IMG/VR virus record: IMGVR_UViG_3300023199_000204 | Span: 248,001-312,000 of that record | Length of the DNA stretch: 64,000 bases | Strand: one strand, 5' to 3' | Shown here: positions 42,242 to 53,543 of the stretch, piece by piece | Layout: every line of letters starts with the position of its first letter | How positions within the stretch are numbered: the first letter of the stretch is position 1 | Made by a program: the position numbers and the translations under genes | The notes under the pieces: generated by a model | Told to the model about the DNA's origin: nothing | Database searches by the model: none | The model's input: the letters and a program-made list of their open reading frames with translations, nothing else

Positions 42242-43239
42242 ATGTTAGTGTCTAAAATATTACTAAAGTTTATAGATCTATTTTGTGGAATCGGAGCATT
42301 TCATCAAGCAATTATTAATCTCAAGAATAAATCTATAATTAAAGATTATAAATGCATTCTATCTTGTGATATAGATAAAGATGCAAAGGAAACTTATCAA
42401 AAAAACTTTGATACAGATTTATTTATAAATGATGTTAAAGATGTATCAGACATTAATAATACTTATAGCTTATTATGTGCAGGATTTCCTTGTCAACCGT
42501 TTAGTATTTCAGGAAATAAACGGGGTTTTAATGATGAGAGAGCAGGTCTATTTTTTAAAGTTGTTGATATTGTAAAAAAAACTAATCCTAATTTTATAAT
42601 AATAGAAAACTCGCCTCGTTTAATTAGGAATAGTAGTTATTTCTCAGTCATACAAAATGAATTAGATAATGCTGGATATAATGTTAATGCTGAGATTATT
42701 AATTCTAATAAATTCGCAACTCCTAAAAAAAAGAATCAAAGGTTATATAGTTGCTATCAATAAAAATATTAATATTAATTATATATTTTCCTAAAGGGGA
42801 GGAACATAATTTATCAGTCCATGATATATTAGATTCTTCAGTTCAGAAACACTTAATCGAAAAAAGATATGAAATAATATGGAATAAAACTGTTAATGAA
42901 AACAAAAAATACGGACCTATTAGAATAGGATATGTTTTAAAGAGAAGACAAGGAGAACGCATTTATAGTGTTGACGGGCATTCAATAACCTTAACTGCTT
43001 CGGGAGGAGGCCCTGGTAGAAGTACTGGATTATATTGTGTAGATAAAAGTAAAAACATTATTAGAAGATTATCAGTTAATGAATGTAGGAAATTATCAGG
43101 CTTTAATAATGATTTTATTGTTAATAAAAATAAAAGAGTTGCTTATAAACAATTTGGAAATACTATTGTAGTTCCTGTAGTAGAAGCTATTATAAAAAAT
43201 TTAGTTTTACAGACAAAAGAAGAGAATTGGAGTGACTAG
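42242..43239 (+). pseudogene. dcm: C5 cytosine DNA methyltransferase split by frameshift(s)
   Basis: DLFCGIG, AGFPCQPFS and IENS in the first ORF; RRLSVNECRKLSGF and YKQFGNTIVVPVV in the second; break at an A-tract near 42724. Confidence 0.85.
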
Positions 43240-43988
43240 GTCTGGTGCGGTTAAAGGAAATCTCAAAGAGAGAGCAGTATTAACTGTCCTTAAAGAACAC
43301 ATTAAATACACCGAATTTCACTCAATTTTTGGTATTAGAGTTTGTATAAATTGTTACGATAACATCACTTTCTCCCACCTTTCAAGAAAAAAAAACAGAT
43401 TTTATAGTAGTTTTTCCTAAATGTGAGAATTGCATTAGAGAAAAAAATATATTAAATATACAGCATAAATTTGGTGCAGGCAATTCAGTAGCTAGATGTA
43501 AACAAATTAAGTTTTTAACTTTACTTAATTTAGATGACAATAAATCATATATAATTAAAAAGTTTTTTGGTACAAAAAATACAAAAGGAACTGGCATTTC
43601 TGTCACAGAAAGAGAGGTATTTAAGAATAATATTAAAAATAATATACAAGGTGTTATTAAATTTTTTCTTTTTGGAAATGAAGAAGATTATATTCCTAAT
43701 ATTTTGTTAAAGCAAAATAAAAATAAGATTGATGTTTATTATAATTACAATATTATATTGAATAATATTAACAGCACTGCTTTTGATATTAATATCAAAA
43801 CCAATACTATAAATATTTCAATTAACAGATTTAAAGCATTATCTTTTCAAAGAAAAGGCGGGGGAAAGAAGGAGAAAAATCCGCAAGATATTCAATGCAA
43901 AATACTTAAAAGTTTTTATGATTTATTAAATGAATTAACATATAAAAATACTGTTAATTTAAATGAATTGTCTTTTAAAGTATTTTAA
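43232..43988 (+). pseudogene. fragmented ORF downstream of the MTase, possibly a decayed partner endonuclease
   Basis: Several short consecutive frames over extremely AT-rich sequence; position only. Confidence 0.3.
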
Positions 43989-43994
43989 TTACAC

Positions 43995-44036
43995 ATACGT
44001 GCGTGAAATTTAATTTCATCGTCTCGACGATTTTAG
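43995..44036. repeat. degenerate intergenic repeat copy 2
   Basis: ATACGTGCGTGAAATTTAATTTCATCGTCTCGACGATTTTA; see 6835. Confidence 0.55.
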
Positions 44037-44500
44037 GGAGAGAAGGAATGGCGAGATTTAAATCAGCTTATGGAGAGTTAAAACTTACTTGGAACTGTAG
44101 AAAGTGTAAAATAACTCATACAACAGATGATTTATTTATAGAGTGTAAGCGAGAATCATATGCTTTAAATGAAGACCAAAGGGAGCATCATTTTTTAATG
44201 TTGTGTTCAAAATGTAATAAATTTTATAATGTAGAGGTTATTTAATGGATGAAAATAAATTAAATTTAATGAAGCGAATTAAATATTCAATAAGCAAAAC
44301 TTGTTCTATGTGTAAATGGGCAACATTTTAAAACCATAAAGAATTTGGAAGTTGTTATAAACAAAGTTATAGGCATAAAAAACATAATGATATTCTTAGT
44401 ATGACCATTCATAAGAGTGGAATATGTGATAAATTTGAGTTTTCACATAAGGATTTTTATAAACTTGGAGATTACATTCCTTTTTTGAAAGGAGCGATTA

Positions 44501-44944
44501 ATGAACCCACAAGCTATTAGATTATATCACGTTGGCTACCATAACAAACCAGGACAGATATACAGGTTTTATACTATAAGGCTAAAATGGGATGATGGTG
44601 GGAGAATGGATTTTCCAAGTGAGGAGCACGCAAATGCTTACTTAGAAGGAAGACCAGCAAATTTTGTAAGTAATATTAAATTATCATCAAAAGTCCCTGT
44701 TAAAAAGGAAGAGGTTATTGCTGAAGCAACAGAATTTAATGTTATGTTAAATTCCTATGGAGTAAATAAAGTTCCTGTAATCAAGGTTGTGAGAGAAATA
44801 ACTTCTCTTGGTCTCAGAGATGCGAAGAATCTCGTTGAGTCTGCCCCTGTTGCGATACAGGAGGGTTTAGAGAAAGAGCAAGCCGAAAAGACAGCAAGGA
44901 AGTTAAAAGAGCTTGGAGCGGAAGTGGAAGTGGTTTCAGCTTAA
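44501..44944 (+). CDS. ribosomal protein bL12 C-terminal domain fused to an unrelated N-terminal domain
   Basis: [44 protein letters not shown]. Confidence 0.88.
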   Translation: MNPQAIRLYHVGYHNKPGQIYRFYTIRLKWDDGGRMDFPSEEHANAYLEGRPANFVSNIKLSSKVPVKKEEVIAEATEFNVMLNSYGVNKVPVIKVVREITSLGLRDAKNLVESAPVAIQEGLEKEQAEKTARKLKELGAEVEVVSA

Positions 44945-44949
44945 AAATA

Positions 44950-44969
44950 TAGCACCTAATGGTGCTATA
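44950..44969 (+). terminator. hairpin TATAGCACC-TAAT-GGTGCTATA
   Basis: Perfect 9-bp stem between the bL12-domain gene and tRNA-Val; no T-tail, may be a processing signal. Confidence 0.35.
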
Positions 44970-45040
44970 GATGAGTAACTCAGTGGAAGAGTGGGTGTTT
45001 TACGAGCACTTGGTCGGGGGTTCAAATCCCTCCTCATCCA
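44969..45040 (+). tRNA. tRNA-Val(UAC)
   Basis: AGATGAG/CTCATCC (1:72 mismatch), GGTGT-TTTACGA-GCACT. Confidence 0.8.
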
Positions 45041-45532
45041 AATAGGATCTCTAACTATGAGAAATATTAAGCAAAAAACTGAATTGATGGAAAAAGAAAA
45101 AAGTATTTTAAATAGTTATATAAAAGTTCTGCTTAAAACAAGTAGGTCTTTTACTAAACTTGTATATAATTGGGCAAATAAAAATAAGATTAATAAACAT
45201 GACAAATAATTATTCGTGGGGGAATGAAACAAAATCTATAGTTGATTAAATAATTTTACAATATGGTGAATGATGTCTTTAAAAGAAATAAAATATTATG
45301 GCTTAATGTGTGATTTGTGTGGTAAAATAGAAAAAATAGAGAATTATGCTGGAACCATAGGTGTAAAGCTTCCTTCAAATTGGGCAAAAATAAGTTATAA
45401 TCTGCCTCAGAAGGGAAGGTTTAGGGCGGCATTTACTATTCATAAGTGTCCAACCTGTGAGAGAGAGAAGCCATCAGACGCCGAAATCCTAATTCCAGAG
45501 GACGCAATAAACATTAATAAAGAAGTATATTA

Positions 45533-45859
45533 ATGAAATATCATATAAAAGCAACAATAGAATTATTTAATAAAAGACCAATATTTAGCGGACTAAGATC
45601 TCAGTTTTATTATATGGGTAGGGACTGGGATTGTGTTATTTCTTTTGAAGATGAAAAACTTTTTAGTAAAGAATTAAATGATGTCTATTTAACACTGCTA
45701 AGTCCCGATTTACAAAAAGATAATATAAAAGTTGGAATGCCGTTTTTATTAAGAGAAGGAGCCAGAGTTATTGCTTTTGGTTCAGTTTTAGAAATTAATG
45801 AAGAAACTTTTTCAGAAGGAATGAATATAAAAATTGTTAATAAAGAAAGAATGATTTAA
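45533..45859 (+). CDS. stand-alone EF-Tu domain III-like protein
   Basis: RPIFSGLRSQFYY..VGMPFLLREGARVIAFGSVLEI parallels EF-Tu HTPFF.GYRPQFY..GLRFAIREGGRTVGAGVV. Confidence 0.75.
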   Translation: MKYHIKATIELFNKRPIFSGLRSQFYYMGRDWDCVISFEDEKLFSKELNDVYLTLLSPDLQKDNIKVGMPFLLREGARVIAFGSVLEINEETFSEGMNIKIVNKERMI

Positions 45860-46076
45860 ACTCTTGTTAGATTTGAATATCTTGATATAGATGAATATGC
45901 TTATTTTTTAATTCCCGGATGGGATAGAAACATTCAGCTTTCTATTTCATTAAAGGAACTTCCATTTGAATTATCCAGAGAATTAGTGGAATAATTAAAT
46001 GAGGGCAATCCTTATAGGTGTTTCGTTGAAACAAATATTGGTGCCGAGTCAAAGTTTAAATTGAGATTCCAAAATT

Positions 46077-46161
46077 GGAAACTTGGCTGAATGGTATAGC
46101 GTCGGTTTCGAAAGCCGTAGCTGGAGTAACATCCGTGAAGGTTCGAATCCTTCAGTTTCCG
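46077..46161 (+). tRNA. tRNA-Ser(CGA)
   Basis: GGAAACT/AGTTTCC, loop TT-CGA-AA, long variable arm. Confidence 0.85.
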
Positions 46162-47941
46162 TTTGAAAGGATTTTCTCTTGTTAATAAAGAATTTTTTAT
46201 AAGAAATATTTATAATTCTAATTTTATTATGTTGGTAGAATCATTATATAAATGTTTCCCAACAATAGGAGGCAATAGATATGTACTTTTAAGTATTAGG
46301 GAAAATACAAAAGCATTATTATTTCCTGCTAATTACAAAGGAGAAACAACCTCTTTTAAAAGTTTAATTCCTAAGACTATTGAAGAAAAAAAATAACGTG
46401 GCTCGTTGTGTATTTGAAAAATTAAAATACTCAATCTCACATTATGAAAAATATATTAATTACATTGGTGAAGAAAAATGTAATAATTGTTTTACTAGGG
46501 ATGGGTTGGCATTAGAACCAAGATTATGTGAAAAAATACATAAATTCTGTAATTGTTGTTATGGGTGTAGAAACTATTGTTTAAACTCTTGAGAGGGGGT
46601 AGTATGAAAGTAGCAATTATTTCGTTTTTAGCATTGTTTGGATATATATTTTTTATTGAAGTTAGCTTATTAACTTTTAGACTATGGTACCCAAAAAGAA
46701 AATATGAAAAGCATTTAAGCGATTTTAGAAGAACTAATTCTCATTCTAATATATATACATTATCTATAATATGGCCTGTTATAATTATAGGTTGGATAGC
46801 AAGAATGTTTTATTTACTTCCAGCAAAACTTGCTAATTTTTGCTTCCTTAAAGTAAAAACAATAAAAGAACCTTCATTTCAAAAAAAATCTGTTAAAAGA
46901 AAGCGAGATGATCAGAAAAAACAATATGAATATTAAATTAAAAGTTAAACAACAAACACAAGTAAGATTAAGTGAAGAACAACTTCTCGAAGCTATAGTG
47001 TCATATATAGATGAAGCTCATTGTGGAAAATTAGCAAGTGCCTTAGGAAGTGGCAAAGTTATGATGGATTTTGATCCTGAGACAAGTGAATTTGTTTTAA
47101 TTTTAGATGGAATTTTAGATGATGAACCGGAGTATCATTTTCAATAATGAAAAAAATAATGAATGAGCTTAGAAAGCTTAGAGAAGACCAATTAAAGCTA
47201 GAAGAAAAGATAAGAGAAAAAACTGAAGAGACATTTAAATTAGGAGTAGATTCTCTATTTGAGGAAAATTCAAAACTAGAAAGTTTTTCTTGGATTCAAA
47301 CAGATATTGACCTTGAAGAAGAATTTTTGATTAAAGATTTTTGTGTTAATTATCATAAAATAAAAAAGTTGGCATATGAGTTTGAACAAGAAGACTTAAT
47401 AGAAATAGTTGAAGATATATCGTTTTCTTATTTAATTCAGAAGTTTTCCTATATGTTAAAAGAGAAAACTCCAATAGAGGAAATTATTGAAAATTGTTAT
47501 TTGGAAGAAACTCCAAATGAGTTTATAGAGTTATGTTATGAGGCAGCCATTTTGTTTCCAAGAATAAACAAATTTTTTACTTCTTTTGAAAAAGAAGATT
47601 ATAGGTTTATTTTTGGAGAAAATTTAAAAGTCTCTGTTTTTCGAAATAAAATTGATATAGAAGAACTTTCAGAAGATTATGAAAACTATGGAATATACTA
47701 ATATGAATAATTTTTTTAAAGAACTCGTTGATAATCAGAAAGAAAATGTTGAAGAAGTTAATTATGATGAAATCTATAATGAAATAGATTCGTTATTAGA
47801 TGAATGGTTAAATGATAATGATGAGGTGGGTGATAGGGTTTTTGAGCTAATAGAGAAACTTAAACCTACTCCCACTCCTTCTAAAAATATGGAAAATATT
47901 AAAATGGATATTGTTCCAATTAAACTATTATAGGAAACATA

Positions 47942-48419
47942 ATGGATAAAGAACTATTGTTGCTTTTAAATGAACACATGATGAAAGAATTTGATGCCTA
48001 TTTTCAATACTTAGCAACGGCATCCTTTTTTGAAAAGAAAGAGTGGCTTCGCACATTGGGCAAGGGTTCAAGCTGAAGAAGAAAGGGCTCACGCAATGAA
48101 AATATATGAGCATTTAATCGAAAGAGATTTAATACCTAACTTTTCAAATATAACTATTCCTCAGCTTGATTTTAACGGACCAGAAGATGCGTTTGCCTCG
48201 GCTTATAACGATGAAGTAAATCTTACAAGGAACGTTCAAAACTTAGCTGAGATATCTTTATCTTATAAAGATTACGCAGCATTTGATTTAATGACTTGGT
48301 TCGCCAAAGAGCAAATTGAAGAAGAAGATATGCTAGATAATATAACCACTAGGATTACTATGGCTGGGAATAATATATCAGCAATGTTATTCTTGGATCA
48401 AGAACTAGGAAAAAGATAA
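47942..48419 (+). pseudogene. non-heme ferritin with a frameshift near 48035
   Basis: MDKELLLLLNEHMMKEFDAYFQYLA..FFE then SGFAHW..QAEEERAHAMK..WFAKEQIEEE. Confidence 0.8.
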
Positions 48420-48420
48420 G

Positions 48421-48900
48421 TTGAACATATTTATTTTAGACAATGATTTAAAAAAATGTGTTGAATATTATGTAGATAAGCATTGTGTGAAAATGATATT
48501 AGAACATACTCAAATTTTATGTAGCGTTCATCACATATCTGGTTCTAAATTAGAAATACCATATAGGAAAACACATCAACATCATCCAGTTGTTAAATGG
48601 GCAACAAAAAGCCTAAGTAATTATAATTGGTTAATTAAGCTGACAGAAAGCCTTTGTAAAGAATATTCTTATAGATATGACAAAATTCATAAATGTGAAA
48701 AAGTTTTAAAATGGGCAAAAGAAAATACGCCAAATATTCCTGAGTTAGGATTAACTCCATTTGCCCAAGCAATGCCTGATGATTGTAAAAATGAGAACAC
48801 GGTGGTTGCTTATCGCAACTATTATAGAAAGCATAAGAGGCATCTTTTTGCTTGGAAAAGGAGAGAGCCTCCTTACTGGATAAAGGATGAAGAGAATTGA
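48421..48900 (+). CDS. pyrimidine dimer DNA glycosylase / endonuclease V-like
   Basis: MNIFILD..DKHCVKMILE..THQHHPVVKWA..TPFAQAMPD..AYRNYY. Confidence 0.75.
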   Translation: MNIFILDNDLKKCVEYYVDKHCVKMILEHTQILCSVHHISGSKLEIPYRKTHQHHPVVKWATKSLSNYNWLIKLTESLCKEYSYRYDKIHKCEKVLKWAKENTPNIPELGLTPFAQAMPDDCKNENTVVAYRNYYRKHKRHLFAWKRREPPYWIKDEEN

Positions 48901-49459
48901 TTTTGAAAAACTCACATATATAGCTAAAAATAATGGTTTAAAAGCAATAGTTTCTCACGATTATTGGATTGAGCCACTTGAATATTATGGACACGTCGCT
49001 TTATTCTACAATAATAATGAAGTTGGAAGGTTTTGTTATGAGGATAGAGGTGAGTCTAAAACTGGAATAAGATTATTTTCTATTCATAGTGATCTTGATC
49101 ACGAACATAACGGAAAGGGTTGGGGCCTTCTAGGATATTTATTATTGTTAGAACAACTACAAAAAAAGTTTCCAAAATCCTATGTTGGTCCAAGCGAAGA
49201 GTTTGGTTCATATACTTCTCCAAGTGCTGCGAAAGTATGGGAAATTATCATAAAGAGCAAAATACTTAGGACTTCTATGTTAAGTCCAGTAATAGGGAAA
49301 GTAAATAAAGTAAGAGTTTTTAAATACATAGGACCCAAGATATTAGGAAATGTAATAGGCAAGTTTAAGGGGGTCCATAGTTTAGGGGAAGAACGCTGCT
49401 TTGACGTAGCAGAAGTCGAAGGTTTAAATCCTTCTGGACCTATAAGGAGGGAAATATGA
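48887..49459 (+). CDS. hypothetical protein (possible GNAT-like), 3' end overlaps tRNA-Val
   Basis: IHSDLDHEHNGKGWGLLGY resembles an acetyl-CoA-binding motif. Confidence 0.4.
   Translation: MKRIDFEKLTYIAKNNGLKAIVSHDYWIEPLEYYGHVALFYNNNEVGRFCYEDRGESKTGIRLFSIHSDLDHEHNGKGWGLLGYLLLLEQLQKKFPKSYVGPSEEFGSYTSPSAAKVWEIIIKSKILRTSMLSPVIGKVNKVRVFKYIGPKILGNVIGKFKGVHSLGEERCFDVAEVEGLNPSGPIRREI
49371..49442 (+). tRNA. tRNA-Val(GAC)
   Basis: GGGTCCA/TGGACCT, CTGCT-TTGACGT-AGCAG. Confidence 0.8.
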
Positions 49460-50762
49460 AAACAAATTGGTGGGAAAGCATTAAGTTTAAGGTCTTAATG
49501 TTTATTATATATATAAAGTATAAATTAAAAAGTAAAGAATGACAATATTAAAAAAAATGATTAATTACATAAAGTCAGTTTTTAACAGAAATAAATATCC
49601 AGAACTTAGAACTATATCTAAAGAAGAAGCTGAAATAGTTTGTGAGCATATTAATAATGACACAGAAACAAAAAAGGCTTGGAAAACTATAATGCTTTCT
49701 TTATTTGGAGATAGAATGCCTCATTCATATAAATATAATATATGGTATGGTTTTGAATTACCAAAAGTTATAACTCACGAGTTTTTAAACAATCTTTTAT
49801 ATAAAGTTAATAATGATGAAGATATGCCGAGGCATCAAAAAGTATTTGTTACCAAAATAATTAATAAGATGTTAGAGCACAATATTGATTACCCAATAAA
49901 AAAATATAATACTGATACTGAAGAGTTAATGAATAAGTTGGAAAGTTTCATCACTGAAATTTCTTCCAGTTGTAAAAGGGAGTAGTTTTTTGGACCCAAA
50001 AGATTTTAAAGAATTTTTTAACAAGAATTTAACAAAAATTTTGGAAACAGATAATCATTTAAAAGTTGAGGAAGGTATAATTAAAAACTGGGCTTCTGGA
50101 GAATGGGCTCCAATGTCTCCATATTGTAGGGAATATTTTGTAAATGAATTTTCTAAACTTCTTAATTTTAAGAAAAATAATAAAGTTTCTTTTTCAAAAA
50201 AGAAAAAAACATCAGAGATAGATAAATTAGTTAAGTCAATTTTACAGGAGGTTGGTGTTGGATAGAAGGTTAAGAAGACACTTAATTTCAGAAAAAAGAA
50301 GAATATTAAAACCATATATTTGTTGGACAGAATGGTGTATGGATTGGGATTGTAGGCATATTGAAACCTTATGGTTCTATTAGCATTAAATAAAGCAAGA
50401 TATAATGGTGACTTCGTAATTGATGATGAGGGTAATCGCAAACGCATAGATCTTTATTTAGGAATTTATAGATCAAGTTTATAATCCTATCAAATTATAT
50501 TTATATTTAGTAGGGGGACTTAGATGAAAATATCAAATTATTTACTTTTAATATGTTTGCCATTAGCCATATTATTTCTTTCAATATATATGTCAGACAT
50601 CTATGATGTGGTTTGCGATAGACAAACAAAGGGAATTATTAAGTTTTTTCAAAGAATTGGAGATTATTGCCAAAACTATATAGCAATTATAGTTTCTGTT
50701 TTAATAATATTAAGTGGTCTATTGAAGTTAGTGGAATTTTGTTTACAATAAAAAGGTAATAT

Positions 50763-51197
50763 ATGTATAAGTATAAATTTCCTATTGGGGATTGGTCAAA
50801 AGATGGTCACGAAAAATGTGAATGGTTTTTGGTTCACGGTCTAAAGCCTGTTGAAGAAGTTAGAGAAGCTCATTATGAGGCAGAGAAACTATTGGGATTT
50901 TCTATTGGTGACATATGTGGTCAATATGAGGAAAATTATATTACTAAAGAGTATTTAGAAAAATTAAATGAATTGAGAATCTATCTTCCTGAAATAGATG
51001 TAGAAGAATATTCTAAGCGTTTTTGTCCAAACGCAGAAGAGTTGCTACATATATAGCTTAATATCCTTAATAAAGTTGATGAAAGTTTAGAATTATCTTT
51101 ACTTCCAAAGGAAGAGGATTACCCAACAATCAATTTTTATGGTTTTGATGAGAAGGAACGACATCTAAGAACTCCTGGGTATGGTTTATTTTATTAA
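50763..51197 (+). pseudogene. hypothetical ORF with in-frame TAG at 51054
   Basis: AEELLHI*LNILNKVDESL...PGYGLFY continues in frame. Confidence 0.5.
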
Positions 51198-51271
51198 GCC
51201 TCGGTGGTGTAATCGGTTTAGCATTCGAGTTTCATAAGCTTGAGGTCTGAGTTCAAATCTCAGCTGAGGTA
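51198..51271 (+). tRNA. tRNA with CAU anticodon (elongator Met or Ile2)
   Basis: GCCTCGG/CTGAGGT, CGAGT-TTCATAA-GCTTG. Confidence 0.85.
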
Positions 51272-51906
51272 TATATATAGGAGAAGAAATGCCAAGACTT
51301 AAGGATTGGGGAATAAGACAAGGATATTTGGTAGACATTGTTTACGGAATAATAAGACTTTCTGGAATTGTTTATGATCATCATAGGTTAGAAGATGGAA
51401 AGGACATAATTACATCTTCGTTAATGACTCTTGATTTAAAAAACAGAAAAGCTACAACAAAATCTGGAAGTGAATATATTCTTGAAGGAGACCCAGATCC
51501 TGAGTATATACAGTTTTTAAAAGACAAAGGCTTATGGGATAAATATAAAGATGAAATTTATCCCCCAACACTAGGACTTAATTAAAAATAATGATTATAA
51601 AAAAATAGAAAGTAATATACCTTCCTATTGGAAAATAGGATATTCAAGAGCATTTAATAATTTGTATATAAAAAGCGAATATTATAATAATAGGATTGAT
51701 AGGTTTGGAACTCTTTATTTAAATGAGAAAGATTTGATAAGAGAGAATGGACCTATTAATATTGGAAACTTAGCAGTTCCTTTAAGACCCTTACATAACG
51801 CTCACAAAATAGTATTTATTAGCAAAGACAATGAAGAATTTATTTTAAAAGATAGAACAAATACTCAAGAAGTATCTTCAAGATATTTTAGATAAAGGAA
51901 AAGAAA

Positions 51907-53214
51907 ATGTCAGTAATAGCAATGGAAGTAATGGAGGCGTTTGATCATCCAAATGCTGATTCATTAAGAGTTTATAAATTTATAGCACCAGGGCAAGCAT
52001 CAAAAGAGCGTCCACTTCAAATAGTTGCGAATCTTGAAAATGTGTATGAGGTTGGCGATGTCGTTGCTGTTGCGTTGGTTGGAACTGTTTTAAAAGATGA
52101 AACCACTATCAAAAAAGTAAATCTTCGTGGAGAGTCTTCATACGGAATGGCTTTGGGAAAAGTCGATGCCAAGGTCGGCGAAAATCTTTCTGATAAATAT
52201 GAGGCAGAAGAGATAAAACCTTCAATGGCAGGATTTATTAAATGGCCGAGCATTTCAGGTTTTCATAATATTAGAAAATCATTAGAGAAAATAAAAGAAT
52301 ATGAGGGAGGTGCTTTTACTTATCCAAAACTTGATTACAAATGTAAAGTGAAATTACACGGAACGAATTCGGGTGTTCATTTACATTCTGATGGAACATT
52401 TGCTGTTCAAAGTCGTTCAAGAATATTAACTCCTGAGCACGATAATTTGGGGTTTTATAGATGGACGCAGGATAGGAAAAATCATTTTGAAAAGTGGGCA
52501 AAATCTGCCGGTAGAAATTTAACCGTATTCGGAGAATTTTGTGGAGAGGGAATTCAAAAAGGCGTTGCTGTATCCAAGATAGAGAGGAAGATATTTGTTG
52601 TTTTCGCAGTCCAAGTTGATGAAAATACACTAATAACCGATCCAGAAGAAATCAATGGTTATGTTTTGGAACACGAAGATATAAAAGTTTTACCTTGGTA
52701 TGATGCTAATTTCTTCATTGATTATTCAAATACTGATTTGTTAAGGGCTGTTATTAAGGATATAAATGCTGAGGTAGATAAAGTAGAAAAAGAAGACCCT
52801 TGGGTAAAAGAAGTTTTTGGAGTGAGTGGTATAGGCGAAGGGTTAGTTTTTTATCCTTATAAAGAATATGATAGGGATAGAATATCTTTATTAATGTTTA
52901 AAGCGAAAGGAGAGAAGCATCAGGTTGCTGTTCAAAATAAGCCAGTCCAACTAGATCCAGAAGTATTAAATTCAATTAATGAGTTCTCTGATAAATTCAT
53001 TACAGAGGCAAGACTTGAACAAGGAGTTGCTGAAGGTTGTGATGGCAAGTTGGAAATGAAAATGATGGGTAAGTTTATTAAATGGATTATGTCTGATGTT
53101 AATAAAGAATCAAAAGACGAATTGGAAGCTTCGGGACTTAAATGGAAACAAGTAGGAAAAGAAGTTTCAAGTCGAGCCAGAAATTGGTATAAACAAAAGG
53201 TGGAAGAAATATAA
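51907..53214 (+). CDS. Rnl2-type ATP-dependent RNA ligase with N-terminal tRNA-binding OB-fold
   Basis: N-terminal HPNADSL..VGDVVAVALVG..LRGESSYGM (PheT/Trbp111-like); KLHGTN motif I, FGEF, GEGLV, FKAK, ITEARL. Confidence 0.85.
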   Translation: MSVIAMEVMEAFDHPNADSLRVYKFIAPGQASKERPLQIVANLENVYEVGDVVAVALVGTVLKDETTIKKVNLRGESSYGMALGKVDAKVGENLSDKYEAEEIKPSMAGFIKWPSISGFHNIRKSLEKIKEYEGGAFTYPKLDYKCKVKLHGTNSGVHLHSDGTFAVQSRSRILTPEHDNLGFYRWTQDRKNHFEKWAKSAGRNLTVFGEFCGEGIQKGVAVSKIERKIFVVFAVQVDENTLITDPEEINGYVLEHEDIKVLPWYDANFFIDYSNTDLLRAVIKDINAEVDKVEKEDPWVKEVFGVSGIGEGLVFYPYKEYDRDRISLLMFKAKGEKHQVAVQNKPVQLDPEVLNSINEFSDKFITEARLEQGVAEGCDGKLEMKMMGKFIKWIMSDVNKESKDELEASGLKWKQVGKEVSSRARNWYKQKVEEI

Positions 53215-53543
53215 TGGGCACTTTATAAATGATAATTAATTCCATTAACTCATTAAAAATATTACCAAAAAGTATATTTGCAATTGTTGACGAGATAGGA
53301 AAATTAAGTGAAATTGGACTTTATCAAAGCCAAGCATATTTTGAAAGATTAATATATGAGAAGCTTGACGGCTTAAGCTATTATTATAATTTTACATTTA
53401 ATCCTCATTTTAATATTTTTGATAGAATAATTATTTGTGTTGATGAATATAAAAACAAGTGGAAAATTGATTTTAGGAATTTATTTAATGTTAAAGCCAG
53501 AATGTGTTGATTGAAAAAATAAAGGGAAATAATATTTTCCTAT

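Noticed and set aside
7623-46396. Plus-strand ORF starts that run through tRNA genes (7623, 7726, 23375, 29209, 30290, 32160, 44991, 46163)
   Set aside because: The N-terminal parts are translations of tRNA sequence. The real starts, where they exist, lie after the tRNA behind an AGGA/GGAG RBS.
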